Positions 1 through 10,639 of a stretch of DNA of 64,000 nt are shown piece after piece. Numbering within the stretch: position 1 is the first letter of the stretch; every line of letters begins with the position of its first letter. A program made the translations under genes and the position numbers. Source of the DNA: Albugo candida (taxonomy: Eukaryota); NCBI GenBank assembly GCA_040437565.1, contig JBDOQK010000001.1, positions 930,001 through 994,000 on the forward strand, in the 5' to 3' direction. The notes beneath the pieces are model-generated. The model worked only from the letters and a program-made list of their open reading frames with translations, was not told the DNA's origin and made no database searches.

Positions 1-1572
1 TTGCATGCAACCGACTTGCATCGAATTTAACATGTTCGACTTGTTCAGCAAGTCAGTATCAGAAGCCCTCCCAGATATGTTCTGGTCTCTCGATCTGCGT
101 GAAAGCTCTTCAATCAGCTCCTTCCAATGACGCGTATATGATGAAATACTTTTGATATAAAATGAAGAGTGACAAGACAAAGCGGCCGCTTTTCAACTTA
201 TTCGCTTGATTGTACAGAGCTCACATCTTTCGCCAAATTGGTACAAAATGCTCATATTTTTGCATTGATTTCTACCCGTTCTAACGTTAAGTTTTCTGAT
301 TGCGCTTTGCAGATAATTCTTGAACGTGAATCTCCAAAGAAAAATTTACGGGCTTGCGACTATCCAGAATTCATCTTTGTAATACATACGAGCACATTTC
401 AACTCGCCTTCTCGTCAGAATTTCTCCTCTCTGTTTCTTCAATGAAAATTCATAACACATGGTCACGACGTTCGTCAACGTCTCAAGCCCAGATCATTGC
501 TTTATTTAACTCATGTTCAACATATTGAATGCAGGAACCTCGCATTTCACTTAAACGGTCGATTCGGCTGCGAGAAATTGTTGAGTCTTGATGAGAGCTG
601 AAGGTAGTTTTAGTCGCATATTATCTTCCATCCTTTTAACACAGGAAAGAAATTTCAAGCTGAATGCTAAGAATATCCGAAGTGTGAAAATGTCCAAGTT
701 TTGTCATCCCCGTCGGAATATTCGACACGAAGTGGCTACATTCCGCAAATTTGTCAAATTGTGCAATATCCTTCTTAGCCCAAGAAAGTGAGAACCGATA
801 CTCGTCGGCCATCAAGTCGATCATCTTGCGTTAGCTAAGCGGGGAGGTACCATTTGTCTCTGTTGTGTTGGAGACAAAGATTACACGCTTAACTTTATTC
901 TCGTACACGTTGTAGACCATTCTATTTATTCACCATGCTGACCTCACTCACCCCATCCGCTAAACTTCTGCAATGTGAGCACGTATTGTGACCTTCGTGT
1001 AACGGGAAGTGGTCCATATAGGTGTGATTCTATTTCGAGCCGCAGAGGCGGTTGAGATGATTGGCCTACCTTTCACAAACTAGTTGCGTATCAAGTTTAA
1101 ATTTCTGCCATACCCCACCGCATTTTATCAAGTGATGATCATTCAAGAAAAAGCTTGTATCTGATTCAAGCAACTGAACATCGACCTGAAATTCATCGTT
1201 AAGGATCAAAGCTTCGTCATTTGGCTTGATAAGACCACACTTTATCACGTATACATATGCGTAAATCAGTTTGTCGAAAGAACCATACCATCGGACATCC
1301 CGTAGATACGAAAAAGCAATCTGCGCCTGAAAGCATTTCCACGGGATTAAGAAACGCACGCATGAAAGGATATCGTTTTGTACCATTCCAGCCAAGCTAG
1401 CATAACATGCAGAGTCGATCATCTTGTCAATTTTTTGATTGTATGTGTCAATCGATTTTAATTCTCCAGTTGGTAGCTTCAACATAGATTTCCGATCCTC
1501 GCAATTTGGAGTATATGGCAAATCTTTATCTAGTGCCGCCTCTAGTATTGGTGCTCGATACAGCCATTCCAA
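1..1572 (-). pseudogene. Degenerate or unresolved multi-exon gene of unknown function running off the window start
   Basis: Minus ORFs at 1066-1572 and 636-824 look protein-like. One minus frame from ~540 to 1 reads as plausible protein (…CIQYVEHELNKAMIWA*DVDERRDHVL*…WKELIEELSRRSRDQ…) but contains six in-frame stops. No family recognised; boundaries approximate. Confidence 0.3.
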
Positions 1573-2237
1573 TGAAAGATCGACTGCTAAAGAACTAAGA
1601 TCGTTTCATTTTAGAAGTGCCAGCCGAGTATTAGAAGGCGCATGGCATGATCGTAGCAGCCCAAATCCAAACTTTCGATCTCTGACTCTGGATCCTCACA
1701 ACATCACCGTACATATACAAAATCTTCATAGATTATGGAAGCAAAACAGAAAGAAAATGCTTCCGTGTCACATCCCACTATACTCCTTCCAAGCAGGCCT
1801 TCCCACTCTATCATATTTCGAATATACTGGCAAGGCGGCACACGGCATTAGCATTGTTTTCAGTCTTGACAAACGGCACAAGATCAATTGTACTGCTAAG
1901 ATGAATAACCGAAATCAAAAATTTACTTATTCTTGAGCTGAAAAGCTTTCACCTTGCAATTGGGCTTTTTCAGAGTAGTGGGTTTCAAAAGGTGAACCAA
2001 CTTGTCCTGTAAGTATCTTGTAGATGGTTCGCCAACATGCTCCATGGACTTGGAGGACACACAATTATACTCATACACTCGATAAGAAAGTGTACGCTGG
2101 ACTTTTACCTACAATACGCATTGTATTAGCTCTTCATGATTCTTTCGATTACATCACATCTGTCGCCACGTTGATACGACGGAGGGTTCTTGTCGACCGA
2201 ATACATTCACGCAACTTCCGATTGTAGCGCCAGAAGT

Positions 2238-3426
2238 ATGAGTTCCGAGTCGAATGAAGAGATAGAAAAGTGTGAAGCAAGAGAAGAGGAAGAGGTAACT
2301 CTTCCCGAAGTGATCCAGCGCGATAAGCTGATGGTGGATACCGCAAATGCAGTGCTAGGTGGTATCAGCGATACAAGCTGCACGTACCCCGCAGGTTATA
2401 TTCGTCAGGTACGTCCATGTCTCCATCAAAACTATCGGTGCTATTATCTACCACTTTTAGCCTGTCTATGCTTGCGTGACATGTCTTTCATCTGGATCTG
2501 ACATTTCTGGTATCTGTCTGGTAATGATAACCACTGCCAGTACTCTGCATTTCTAACGAATTGATCTGAAACATCAGGCATGCAGTTATCGTTGTCATCA
2601 TGAACACGAATTGATCGAGCTTTACACTAAAAGAGATTTTCGTTGTGACTGTGGAAACTCACGTTTTGCATCCCCTTGCACTCTTTTTCCAATCAAAGAC
2701 TCGATAAATGAAAAAAATACGTATTCGCAAAATTTCGAGGGTAAATACTGCGTTTGCCATCGTCCATACCCGGATCCAGAACGAAAGAGTCCCGAAGTGA
2801 TGATACAATGTGTCATTTGCGAGGACTGGTTGCATGAAGTACATCTATTCTCTGCTGGAACGAAGAAAGAGGAAAATGCGAGCACACCTAATTCACCTGA
2901 AACAAGTTTAGTGATCCCAGAAGACTTTGATGAGTTCATATGCGTGGCGTGCATTGCTAAATTGCCATTTCTGAAATTATATAACAATGAAGATGTATCG
3001 GCTTCGAGCGAATGCAAACTTGCTGAGCTGCGTCTTGGAAAGAAAGCTTCACGTAGTGAGGCACTAGAGCCAATGTTCTGGCATAGTGGCTGGCGAAACT
3101 CACTTTGTAGATGCGTTGATTGCCTTAATTTGTATCAAGATCACAAAATTTCTTTCCTACTGGATTCTCAGGACACCCTTCAAGCCTACGAAGAGAATGC
3201 AAGGCAGCACAGTGAACAAGATTCAGAAGAAGCTGCCGAGAAAGCTTTCAAGACACAATTATCTCATGAGCAACAAATCGAAATGGCGATGGGCTACCAT
3301 CATATGAAAACACAGCTCCAGACTTATTTGGGTGGATTTGCATCACAAAACAAGACAGTCAAAGCCGAAGACATCAAGGATTTTTTTACAAAGCTGCAAA
3401 AGAGCAAGCGACAAAGAACTTCATAG
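2238..3426 (+). CDS. UBR7: UBR7-like putative E3 ubiquitin ligase (UBR-box zinc finger + PHD-like finger), 3 exons: 2238-2408, 2461-2520, 2578-3426
   Basis: Spliced across GT-AG introns 2409-2460 and 2521-2577 it gives CTYPAGYIRQ-PVYACVTC…GICL-ACSYRCHHEHELIELYTKRDFRCDCG, then YCVCHRPYPD…MIQCVICEDWLH, the UBR7 signature. Confidence 0.9.
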
Positions 3427-3500
3427 CAATCGAAATGGTAGAGCATCAACTGGGGCCGTCGATGTTGTCACAAAATCCTTCCCACTCGGCGAAATCTTCC

Positions 3501-5651
3501 TTATGCTCGTCGATGATACACGACCCCAATGAACACCAGGAATAATCCAAAGATTAGGCCAACCAGAAAAACTGGCAGAAAAGAAACGCCAAGACGTTTG
3601 AGTGATTTGAATGAACCAACTTTTGCTTCCTTTATTGACGCGCGTTCTTCTACCCAGTACATTGGATAAATCACTTCTGTCGTAAGTGATGGCCACACTA
3701 GATCAGACATGGAAGCTGAAGAATTTGTCACTGATTCTGAAAGCGCAAAACTTGCCATGAGCCGCTTTCTAGCAACCAAAGTTTTCCCCGTTGTTGGTTC
3801 AATATCCAAGTAGTTTTCGTATTTATCCGCATAAACCTTTTTGACTTTACCATCCGCATACAAAGATGCTTTGGTCGCTACTTTGCCATCAATAAGAGTA
3901 ATCTGCACGTCCTCAAGAAGCTTCTGATCTCCGTACAAAAACATTGGATACGAGACGTAGCATAAAAATCCAAGTGCGAAAGCCAGATTTTGCACTCCAT
4001 TCACCGGCACCCCAGTTCCTTTTCCATTGTTGCCCGGTGTATAGTGGAGTAATGTATCATTTGGAGCAAATCGAATCAGCTCAATACCACTCTCTTTACT
4101 CAAATCTCTCGTGTTCATCAACGTCACATTCTGCTTGCTTTGCGTTGTGTACATGGCATATGTGTTGGACGGAATCGAGTCTCGTGGACCGGCAAGAGTC
4201 GTAAGCTGAGGTTGCACTCCTTTTCCATCTCCACCCGTGACGTTCGCACATGTCAAATTGGATGGACGCATGGCACAATTGGAATACGATCCAAACGCTG
4301 CGATCTCTTGTAAAGTAGGATTGCGACGTGATCCCAAATCGGCCCATAATGGAAAAGATGTGTACCCATCAAATTCCTCATACTCACCAAGGTAAGTCGC
4401 GTCATCGCAGCCTGTACGTTGCGTATATCTTTTGAGCAACTGTGGTGGTGGTGAAGATGAGGAAGTTAGCCGTGACCAATCAACACCTGACTCTTCCACA
4501 GCACCAGAGAGGGGTGCAACACAAAATCCGCTTGAAGCACACCGACGACAAGTAGATGCAGTGAAATTGGAAGCTGCTGCAGCTCCATAAGTGCCAGCAT
4601 AGATGGACTCAACTTGATCACATAGCGGATTGTTGTACACGGACACAACTGCAGCTGCTCGTTTGCACAATTTGCAAGCGTTGAAGATTGCTGAACAGGC
4701 TGGGTTTCTGCCGTCCGCAGCACAAGCATCACATTGATTAGTCAACTGCCGCTTTTGGCATGCAAGATGCTGCGTGCCAAGAGCTAAACCAGCCAAAAAG
4801 CTTGGATAGCCCATTGACCATTCACGAATGCTATGAGTCACGAGAATGCCATTGTATGCAAATCCACTAAGGTCTAGATTCGCAAGGGCGCTTGGTCCAC
4901 CAAGAAGAAACCTCGGTAAATTAGTGGCCACCAAAGTCATTGCAGCTGGATCTAGAGAGTTTAACCCGTTCAAAAATCGCATCATCCGTGGACCATAGAG
5001 TGTAACAGAAGTCGCCAACTCGGTGAGACTTTGATTTGCACCAAAAGGTATCGACTGAAGCAGAGCAACCAGAAATCGGAATTCTCCTCCAGCTTGGGCA
5101 ATGACACTGAAATAGCCGGCATCAAAGCTTGTGATTGTGTCATTTTCTCGACAATTGGAGCAGCTTTGCGCCGGGTCAAAGGCGAAGTTGAAGTACTTTT
5201 TATATTGTACGCGATCACCCGCAAATGTGACATTGACCTTCTTTTCCCATTGTCGATAAACGTATGGACCTCGTTCTTGTACATTTAGCTTCTTGTTCTG
5301 ATTCAGGAATGCTCCAGTGTTGGTGACGTTGAAGACATGGTAGGCACGATAATAGGGATTGCAATCATCACAGTCACCATATGGGTCGATAAAAGCCTCA
5401 TCGACGTCACCAGAATCACAGTAAAAGACCTTATTTTTGATCGAACGATTTACAATGGCGGGTACCGCGGTGCCGTAAATAATCCCAGTGATGGCTAGTA
5501 GTACACCCACAATAATTAAAGCATAGCTCGCGACCCTCGTCTTCTTCTTTTTCTCGGGGCCTTGGTGATCACCGTCCAGTATAACTTCGGATGGCGACAC
5601 GAGTTTATCGTATGTGTCATTTTTTGGAGTCTTAAAGTCATCAAAGCCCAT
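3501..5651 (-). CDS. CD36/scavenger receptor class B family protein (croquemort-like; resembles oomycete mating protein M82 type)
   Basis: N- and C-terminal TM helices and CD36 motifs FNVTN, VQERGPYVY, LDIEPTTG, IYPMYWVEE. First ATG in the ORF is at 5651 (MGFDDFK). Confidence 0.8.
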   Translation of the reverse strand: MGFDDFKTPKNDTYDKLVSPSEVILDGDHQGPEKKKKTRVASYALIIVGVLLAITGIIYGTAVPAIVNRSIKNKVFYCDSGDVDEAFIDPYGDCDDCNPYYRAYHVFNVTNTGAFLNQNKKLNVQERGPYVYRQWEKKVNVTFAGDRVQYKKYFNFAFDPAQSCSNCRENDTITSFDAGYFSVIAQAGGEFRFLVALLQSIPFGANQSLTELATSVTLYGPRMMRFLNGLNSLDPAAMTLVATNLPRFLLGGPSALANLDLSGFAYNGILVTHSIREWSMGYPSFLAGLALGTQHLACQKRQLTNQCDACAADGRNPACSAIFNACKLCKRAAAVVSVYNNPLCDQVESIYAGTYGAAAASNFTASTCRRCASSGFCVAPLSGAVEESGVDWSRLTSSSSPPPQLLKRYTQRTGCDDATYLGEYEEFDGYTSFPLWADLGSRRNPTLQEIAAFGSYSNCAMRPSNLTCANVTGGDGKGVQPQLTTLAGPRDSIPSNTYAMYTTQSKQNVTLMNTRDLSKESGIELIRFAPNDTLLHYTPGNNGKGTGVPVNGVQNLAFALGFLCYVSYPMFLYGDQKLLEDVQITLIDGKVATKASLYADGKVKKVYADKYENYLDIEPTTGKTLVARKRLMASFALSESVTNSSASMSDLVWPSLTTEVIYPMYWVEERASIKEAKVGSFKSLKRLGVSFLPVFLVGLIFGLFLVFIGVVYHRRA

Positions 5652-6154
5652 TGTTGATGTCAAAGTTCTGTTTGACCGCTCTCTGTATCCACAGTCGAAA
5701 TTAGACAATGAGGCTGCAAAAGGTGCCTAATGAGCGAGTTGGGAAGCAAAGGTCTATGATGCATCCTCTAATTATCTTACATCAATTAAAGAGTCCGATA
5801 GACAGAAAGTACCGAACGATGATTTATGCATGCGCTTCTTTTATTGTAGAGATTAGATACGATACAGTACTTGCGCCATTTACGCAGAATACAAAATATC
5901 ATCCTAAACTCAATGATGGCGACATAAGGTATGTGTGACGTGCGTCAAAGATGGAAAATATGTATTGCTGATACTGTTTAACGCAGTCAACTTCCCATCA
6001 GATGGATAATTAGTGATACGAGAAAATCTCTATAATGAGATCGTGCGCGTAAATAATCTGCTGCAAGCGATTACGACCTCCACGGGCAAGATAATTGCCA
6101 TGACCGACCCATCCTCCATAATGTGGGCATTATGATACCGGTATTTACAGTATA

Positions 6155-8074
6155 ATGTCGGATGAAGAAGATTATGAATTCGATTACAGCGACGATGATG
6201 AGCAGATGGAAGACGCTAATGGTGATCTTCATGTGCAAATAGAAAATCAATACTACAATGCCAAGCAGTTTATGGAGGAATTTGGAAGTGATCACGAAAA
6301 AACTTTGCAAGCACTTGAAGAAGTTCTTCAGTTACAGCAGGAAGAATCGGATTGGGGATTTAAAGCATTAAAACGCATTGTGAAGCTCCATTTTGATAAA
6401 AAGGAGTACGATGATGCTATTTCCCGTTACGAGGAGCTACTGGGATACACAAAGAGCTCTGTTACACGAAACGTCGGCGAAAAAGGGATCAATTCTATCC
6501 TGGATCATGTATCTACCAGCAAGGTCTTATTCTTGGCGAATATTGCACAGCACAACAAATCATCACACTAAATGTGCTGCTAGAATTGGGAAATATTGCA
6601 ACGATTCTATGAGACTACACTCGAAACACTCAAGGAAGCTCGTAACGAGGCACGTAACTATTCTATTTTACAGGCGTCAATCGGACTAAGAAGCTCTCAT
6701 TGTAGCGACTTTGGTTCAAAACGAACTTAAAACTCGGCAATTTGCTGTATGAAATCGGAGACTATGCGCGGCTGACTAAAATCATTAAAGAGCTTTTACT
6801 CTCATGTGACGATGAGGATAGCGAGGATGGAGTGAAGAAAAACACTCAGGTACATTTCCGAAACCAAAAGGCCGAATTCTAAAGCTACTTGGTAGCTTCT
6901 TGAAGTATACGCGCTGCAAATCCAAATGTACACGTCTGAAAAAGATAATAAGAAGCTCATGTCGATGTATGAGAAAGCATTGAGGACAAAGTCTGGTGTC
7001 GCACATCCAGTAAGNNNNNNNNNNNNNNNNNNNNNNNNNNNNNNNNNNNNNNNNNNNNNNNNNNNNNNNNNNNNNNNNNNNNNNNNNNNNNNNNNNNNNN
7101 NNNNNNNNNNNNNNATGAGGATAGCGAGGATGGAGTGAAGAAAAACACTCAGGTACATTTCCGAAACCAAAAGGCCGAATTCTAAAGCTACTTGGTAGCT
7201 TCTTGAAGTATACGCGCTGCAAATCCAAATGTACACGTCTGAAAAAGATAATAAGAAGCTCATGTCGATGTATGAGAAAGCATTGAGGACAAAGTCTGGT
7301 GTCGCACATCCAGTAAGTTGTAGAGTGATCGTTATACACCTCATGTCATCATTTACAGAAAATTATCGGCGTGATTCGGGAATGCGGGGGCAAGATGCAC
7401 ATGATGCAGGTATAGCCGCATCTAAACCGAGATGGATTGTACAAGACTTGAGAAGTATACTGCTGGTTTAGGGAGATTGGGATAAGGCCCGGAGTGATTT
7501 TTTTGAAGCTTTCAAAAACTACGATGAAGCTGGAGAACCTCGACGATTACAGTGCTTGAAATACTTGGTTCTAGCCAATATGTTGAGCGAGTCGAAAGTG
7601 AATGTCTTTGATTCGCAAGAAGCCAAACCGTATGAAAATGACGGAGAAATACTAGCGATGACGCAGTTAACTGATGCTTTTTTACACGACGAGATCAAGC
7701 ACTTTGAGCAAATCCTGAACCGCAACAGAGCGGCAATTATGGACGATCCTTTTATCAGGCATTACATTGACCAGCTACTTCGAACTATAAGATCAAAAGT
7801 CTTGTTGAAAATCGTCAAGCCTTACAAACGAATGGATACACATTACATTGCAAGAGAATTAAATGGAATATCAGTATCAGAAGCGGAATCATTGCTCGCC
7901 TCTCTAATCTTGGACCATAAAATCGAAGCCCGCATTGATCAAGTGAAGCATACACTTGTACTGCTCGAAAAAACTCAGCAGCAAGAGCGATTCCAATCTT
8001 CTCTCCAGAAATGGTGCAGCAGCCTCGAAAGAGCTCACGCGCTAACAATGAAACGTATCAGCGCGACCATATGA
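6155..8074 (+). CDS. CSN2: COP9 signalosome subunit 2 (multi-exon; interrupted by N-gap with duplicated overlap)
   Basis: Motifs MSDEEDYEFDYSDD, ENQYYNAK, WGFKALK, RLWFKTNLKLG, LLEVYALQIQMYT, IIGVIRECGGKMH, DFFEAFKNYDEAG and a C-terminal PCI domain. Introns include 6524-6583 and 6650-6705. Confidence 0.93.
6812..7317. repeat. 203-bp exact direct duplication (6812-7014 = 7115-7317) flanking 100-N gap 7015-7114; probable assembly overlap
   Basis: Identical sequence on both sides of the gap, offset 303. Confidence 0.9.
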
Positions 8075-8220
8075 TCCAATATACAAACAAATACGGTGCG
8101 GATGAGTTGAATGCTGTCGATATAAAATTCGTAAATACAGCCGCTTTACTTGATCTCGCATTACTCGCCTTCCCGAAAACATCAGAAGGCGACTGCTTCA
8201 TCTCATTCCGTCCACAGTAT

Positions 8221-10422
8221 CTACATGCCCCTTTGTAGGTCCCTTTTGGCCAAAGTCCATGCACTTCCGATGCATAAAAAGGACCAGACTGACCACAGTA
8301 GACAGAACCGAAATCCAAGTCGATAAGCACACGCTTCATCACAATATTCAAAATAGCTGCCAGCCGTTCGATGTTTTGCCAACATTGCTTCCATGATCCA
8401 TCCTGTCAGATAAGGAGATAAAGAATAGCCGAAAAGATTGAATATCATCACTGAGAGGCTAGATGCTAAAGCACGATACTGAGGTGGAACAACAGAAATA
8501 AATATTCCTGTACAAGCTGGTAAAATAGAGCCCCCGAAAAACAACAGCAGCCATAGGAAGAGCGCAGTGACGTAAATGTCGTTCAAAAAAGTCGTGATTG
8601 AAGCAATCACAAAGGCGATGACTCCAAGTACCATACAGATACCAAGGGCTTTAGCCCGTTGCTCGGGTCCTAGATACCCACCGTAACGGTCAACAAGCCA
8701 TCCGCCGAAAAAAACTCCCATGATGGGCCCAGTTCCTGCTACGAAAACAAACAACACATTGACTAAATGCTTGGAGGCGTGCAAAGACTTGATCATGAAA
8801 ATCGTGCTCCAGTATTGTACCCCAGTGACAACAAAATACACAGCTGTCAGTCCAAACACAATGAGCCCGAAAACTGGAATCTGCATGAGGGTGATAAATC
8901 CTTGCCGCAATGATACCACAGGATATCGCTCATATACTTCATCTTCAAACGCTTGGGCCACGGGGGAACATCCACCGGATATAATATCAAGCGCTCCATA
9001 GTTTGAGGATGCTGTAGAGCTTATGCCTCTCTCGTCATTGCTGCTCAAAGCATTATCAAAAACCTTTGATGATGTGCACTCTTCAATTGTATCGGAAGCT
9101 TGTTGAGATCCCCTTTGATCCGCCTTGAATCCTTCAAAAAATAAACGGTCCACTGGATTCGTTCTAGACAGACCACTAGAAAAACTTCGGTGGGTAGGAG
9201 ATCGTGAATCCAACTCTGTCTGATTATAATGATGTCGTTGATTCGCGACAAGTTGGCGCATCCCACGTTGACTACTACTTCCGTACATGCCTGCGCTTGC
9301 AAGCAAAGCATCTTCTTCGTCATGCCGAGACGAAGTTCGACTCGTGGGTGGAGTTGGCAGAAAAGATACGCCTTCCGTACGCCCGCAAATATGACTCAAA
9401 TCGGATGAGTTTACATGTCGTGATCTTCTTTCATGGTGTCGCCGGCCAGAAGTCATGTAGTCATGCCTGTTTGACCATGAACGGGCCACAGCAGAAAGCT
9501 TGTGCTCGTGCTCGTGCTCGTGCTTATGTATTCCCAGCAGTATAACTTCTCCATTCGATTCAGGTATCCTGGAGTCTGATTGAGGATCCTGGCGAGCAGA
9601 AGAAAGCAGTTTTGAGCTCTCACAATCTTCTACACCGCTCTCACTACTGCAAGAAGTAGTAGCTGAAAAGTCCAATTCGTTTCGTACCACCAAATGTTTA
9701 CTGGGTATAAAGAAAACAGCAATCATAATCGGACACATCCAAACAAACTGCACTATAAATGGCCACCTCCAAGCCTCCAATCCCGCGAATCTGAACACCG
9801 CACCCCCATAATGACGTACTCCGATCCAGTTCGACACAGTTCCGAGCAAGTAACCCAACATGACTCCCATTGGAACGCTTCCCTGCAAGTAGCTCATCCA
9901 AGTTGCAACCTGCTCGCGTGGTGCATACTCATCCACCCATAAAGGAGTGTATATGCACGGAAAAGCTTGCGTGAAACCAATTAAAGCCCGCGCTGCTATC
10001 ATCAGACTGGCTACATTAAAAGTAGTGGACGCATCCTCTTTAGTTGGTGTGCATGCAAGCACAAGCACAGCCAAATTATTGAAAATAAGCGTTAGTCCTA
10101 AAATATGTTTCGGATCGAAATGATGCAAACAAAAAGCTCCAAAGGGAGAAGCAATGCTAAGTGCGAGATAGACGACACCGCCCAGAGCACCTTGTTCTGT
10201 CGCACTCATTTGCAGCGATACGCTTAATTCATCCAACAAACAAGGAATCGCGCCTGCCTCGAAGTAGATGATCACTTGTGTCAGTATTAAATACTTAAAA
10301 AGGTATGACGCATCTCGGCGATTGTGATCCATAAACTCGCGTTTATTCCGCGCAGCATCCATAGGCAGTAGCCCGGATGCGTCCTCTTTCATCAAGTCGT
10401 ATGTATCCTCTACCACAACCAT
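8221..10422 (-). CDS. Major facilitator superfamily transporter, spinster-like, with long central cytoplasmic loop
   Basis: Two 6-TM halves; AARALIGFTQAF, PLWVDEYAP, GVMLGY, WRWPF, GGWLVD, NLFGYSLSPYLTG motifs. Confidence 0.85.
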   Translation of the reverse strand: MVVVEDTYDLMKEDASGLLPMDAARNKREFMDHNRRDASYLFKYLILTQVIIYFEAGAIPCLLDELSVSLQMSATEQGALGGVVYLALSIASPFGAFCLHHFDPKHILGLTLIFNNLAVLVLACTPTKEDASTTFNVASLMIAARALIGFTQAFPCIYTPLWVDEYAPREQVATWMSYLQGSVPMGVMLGYLLGTVSNWIGVRHYGGAVFRFAGLEAWRWPFIVQFVWMCPIMIAVFFIPSKHLVVRNELDFSATTSCSSESGVEDCESSKLLSSARQDPQSDSRIPESNGEVILLGIHKHEHEHEHKLSAVARSWSNRHDYMTSGRRHHERRSRHVNSSDLSHICGRTEGVSFLPTPPTSRTSSRHDEEDALLASAGMYGSSSQRGMRQLVANQRHHYNQTELDSRSPTHRSFSSGLSRTNPVDRLFFEGFKADQRGSQQASDTIEECTSSKVFDNALSSNDERGISSTASSNYGALDIISGGCSPVAQAFEDEVYERYPVVSLRQGFITLMQIPVFGLIVFGLTAVYFVVTGVQYWSTIFMIKSLHASKHLVNVLFVFVAGTGPIMGVFFGGWLVDRYGGYLGPEQRAKALGICMVLGVIAFVIASITTFLNDIYVTALFLWLLLFFGGSILPACTGIFISVVPPQYRALASSLSVMIFNLFGYSLSPYLTGWIMEAMLAKHRTAGSYFEYCDEACAYRLGFRFCLLWSVWSFLCIGSAWTLAKRDLQRGM

Positions 10423-10639
10423 TCCTTACGTCTTCTATATCACTTACAGGAGGTATGTGGACAAGAAGCTTCGATCGTGTATAAATCGCCAATGCGATGG
10501 AAGTTATACAACGCAACGTGGTTCCACTTTTTGAAATCCAACGATCGTCCATGCTGTAAAAATAGAAGCAGAGCCTTTTTATTCCTGGCGTAAGCACACA
10601 AAAACAAACTTATCAAAGCGACTTGCTCGTAGGTGCGCT

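Noticed and set aside
9501..9525. (GTGCTC)n microsatellite encoding HEHEHEH in the MFS loop
   Set aside because: Short low-complexity coding repeat; no evidence for function.
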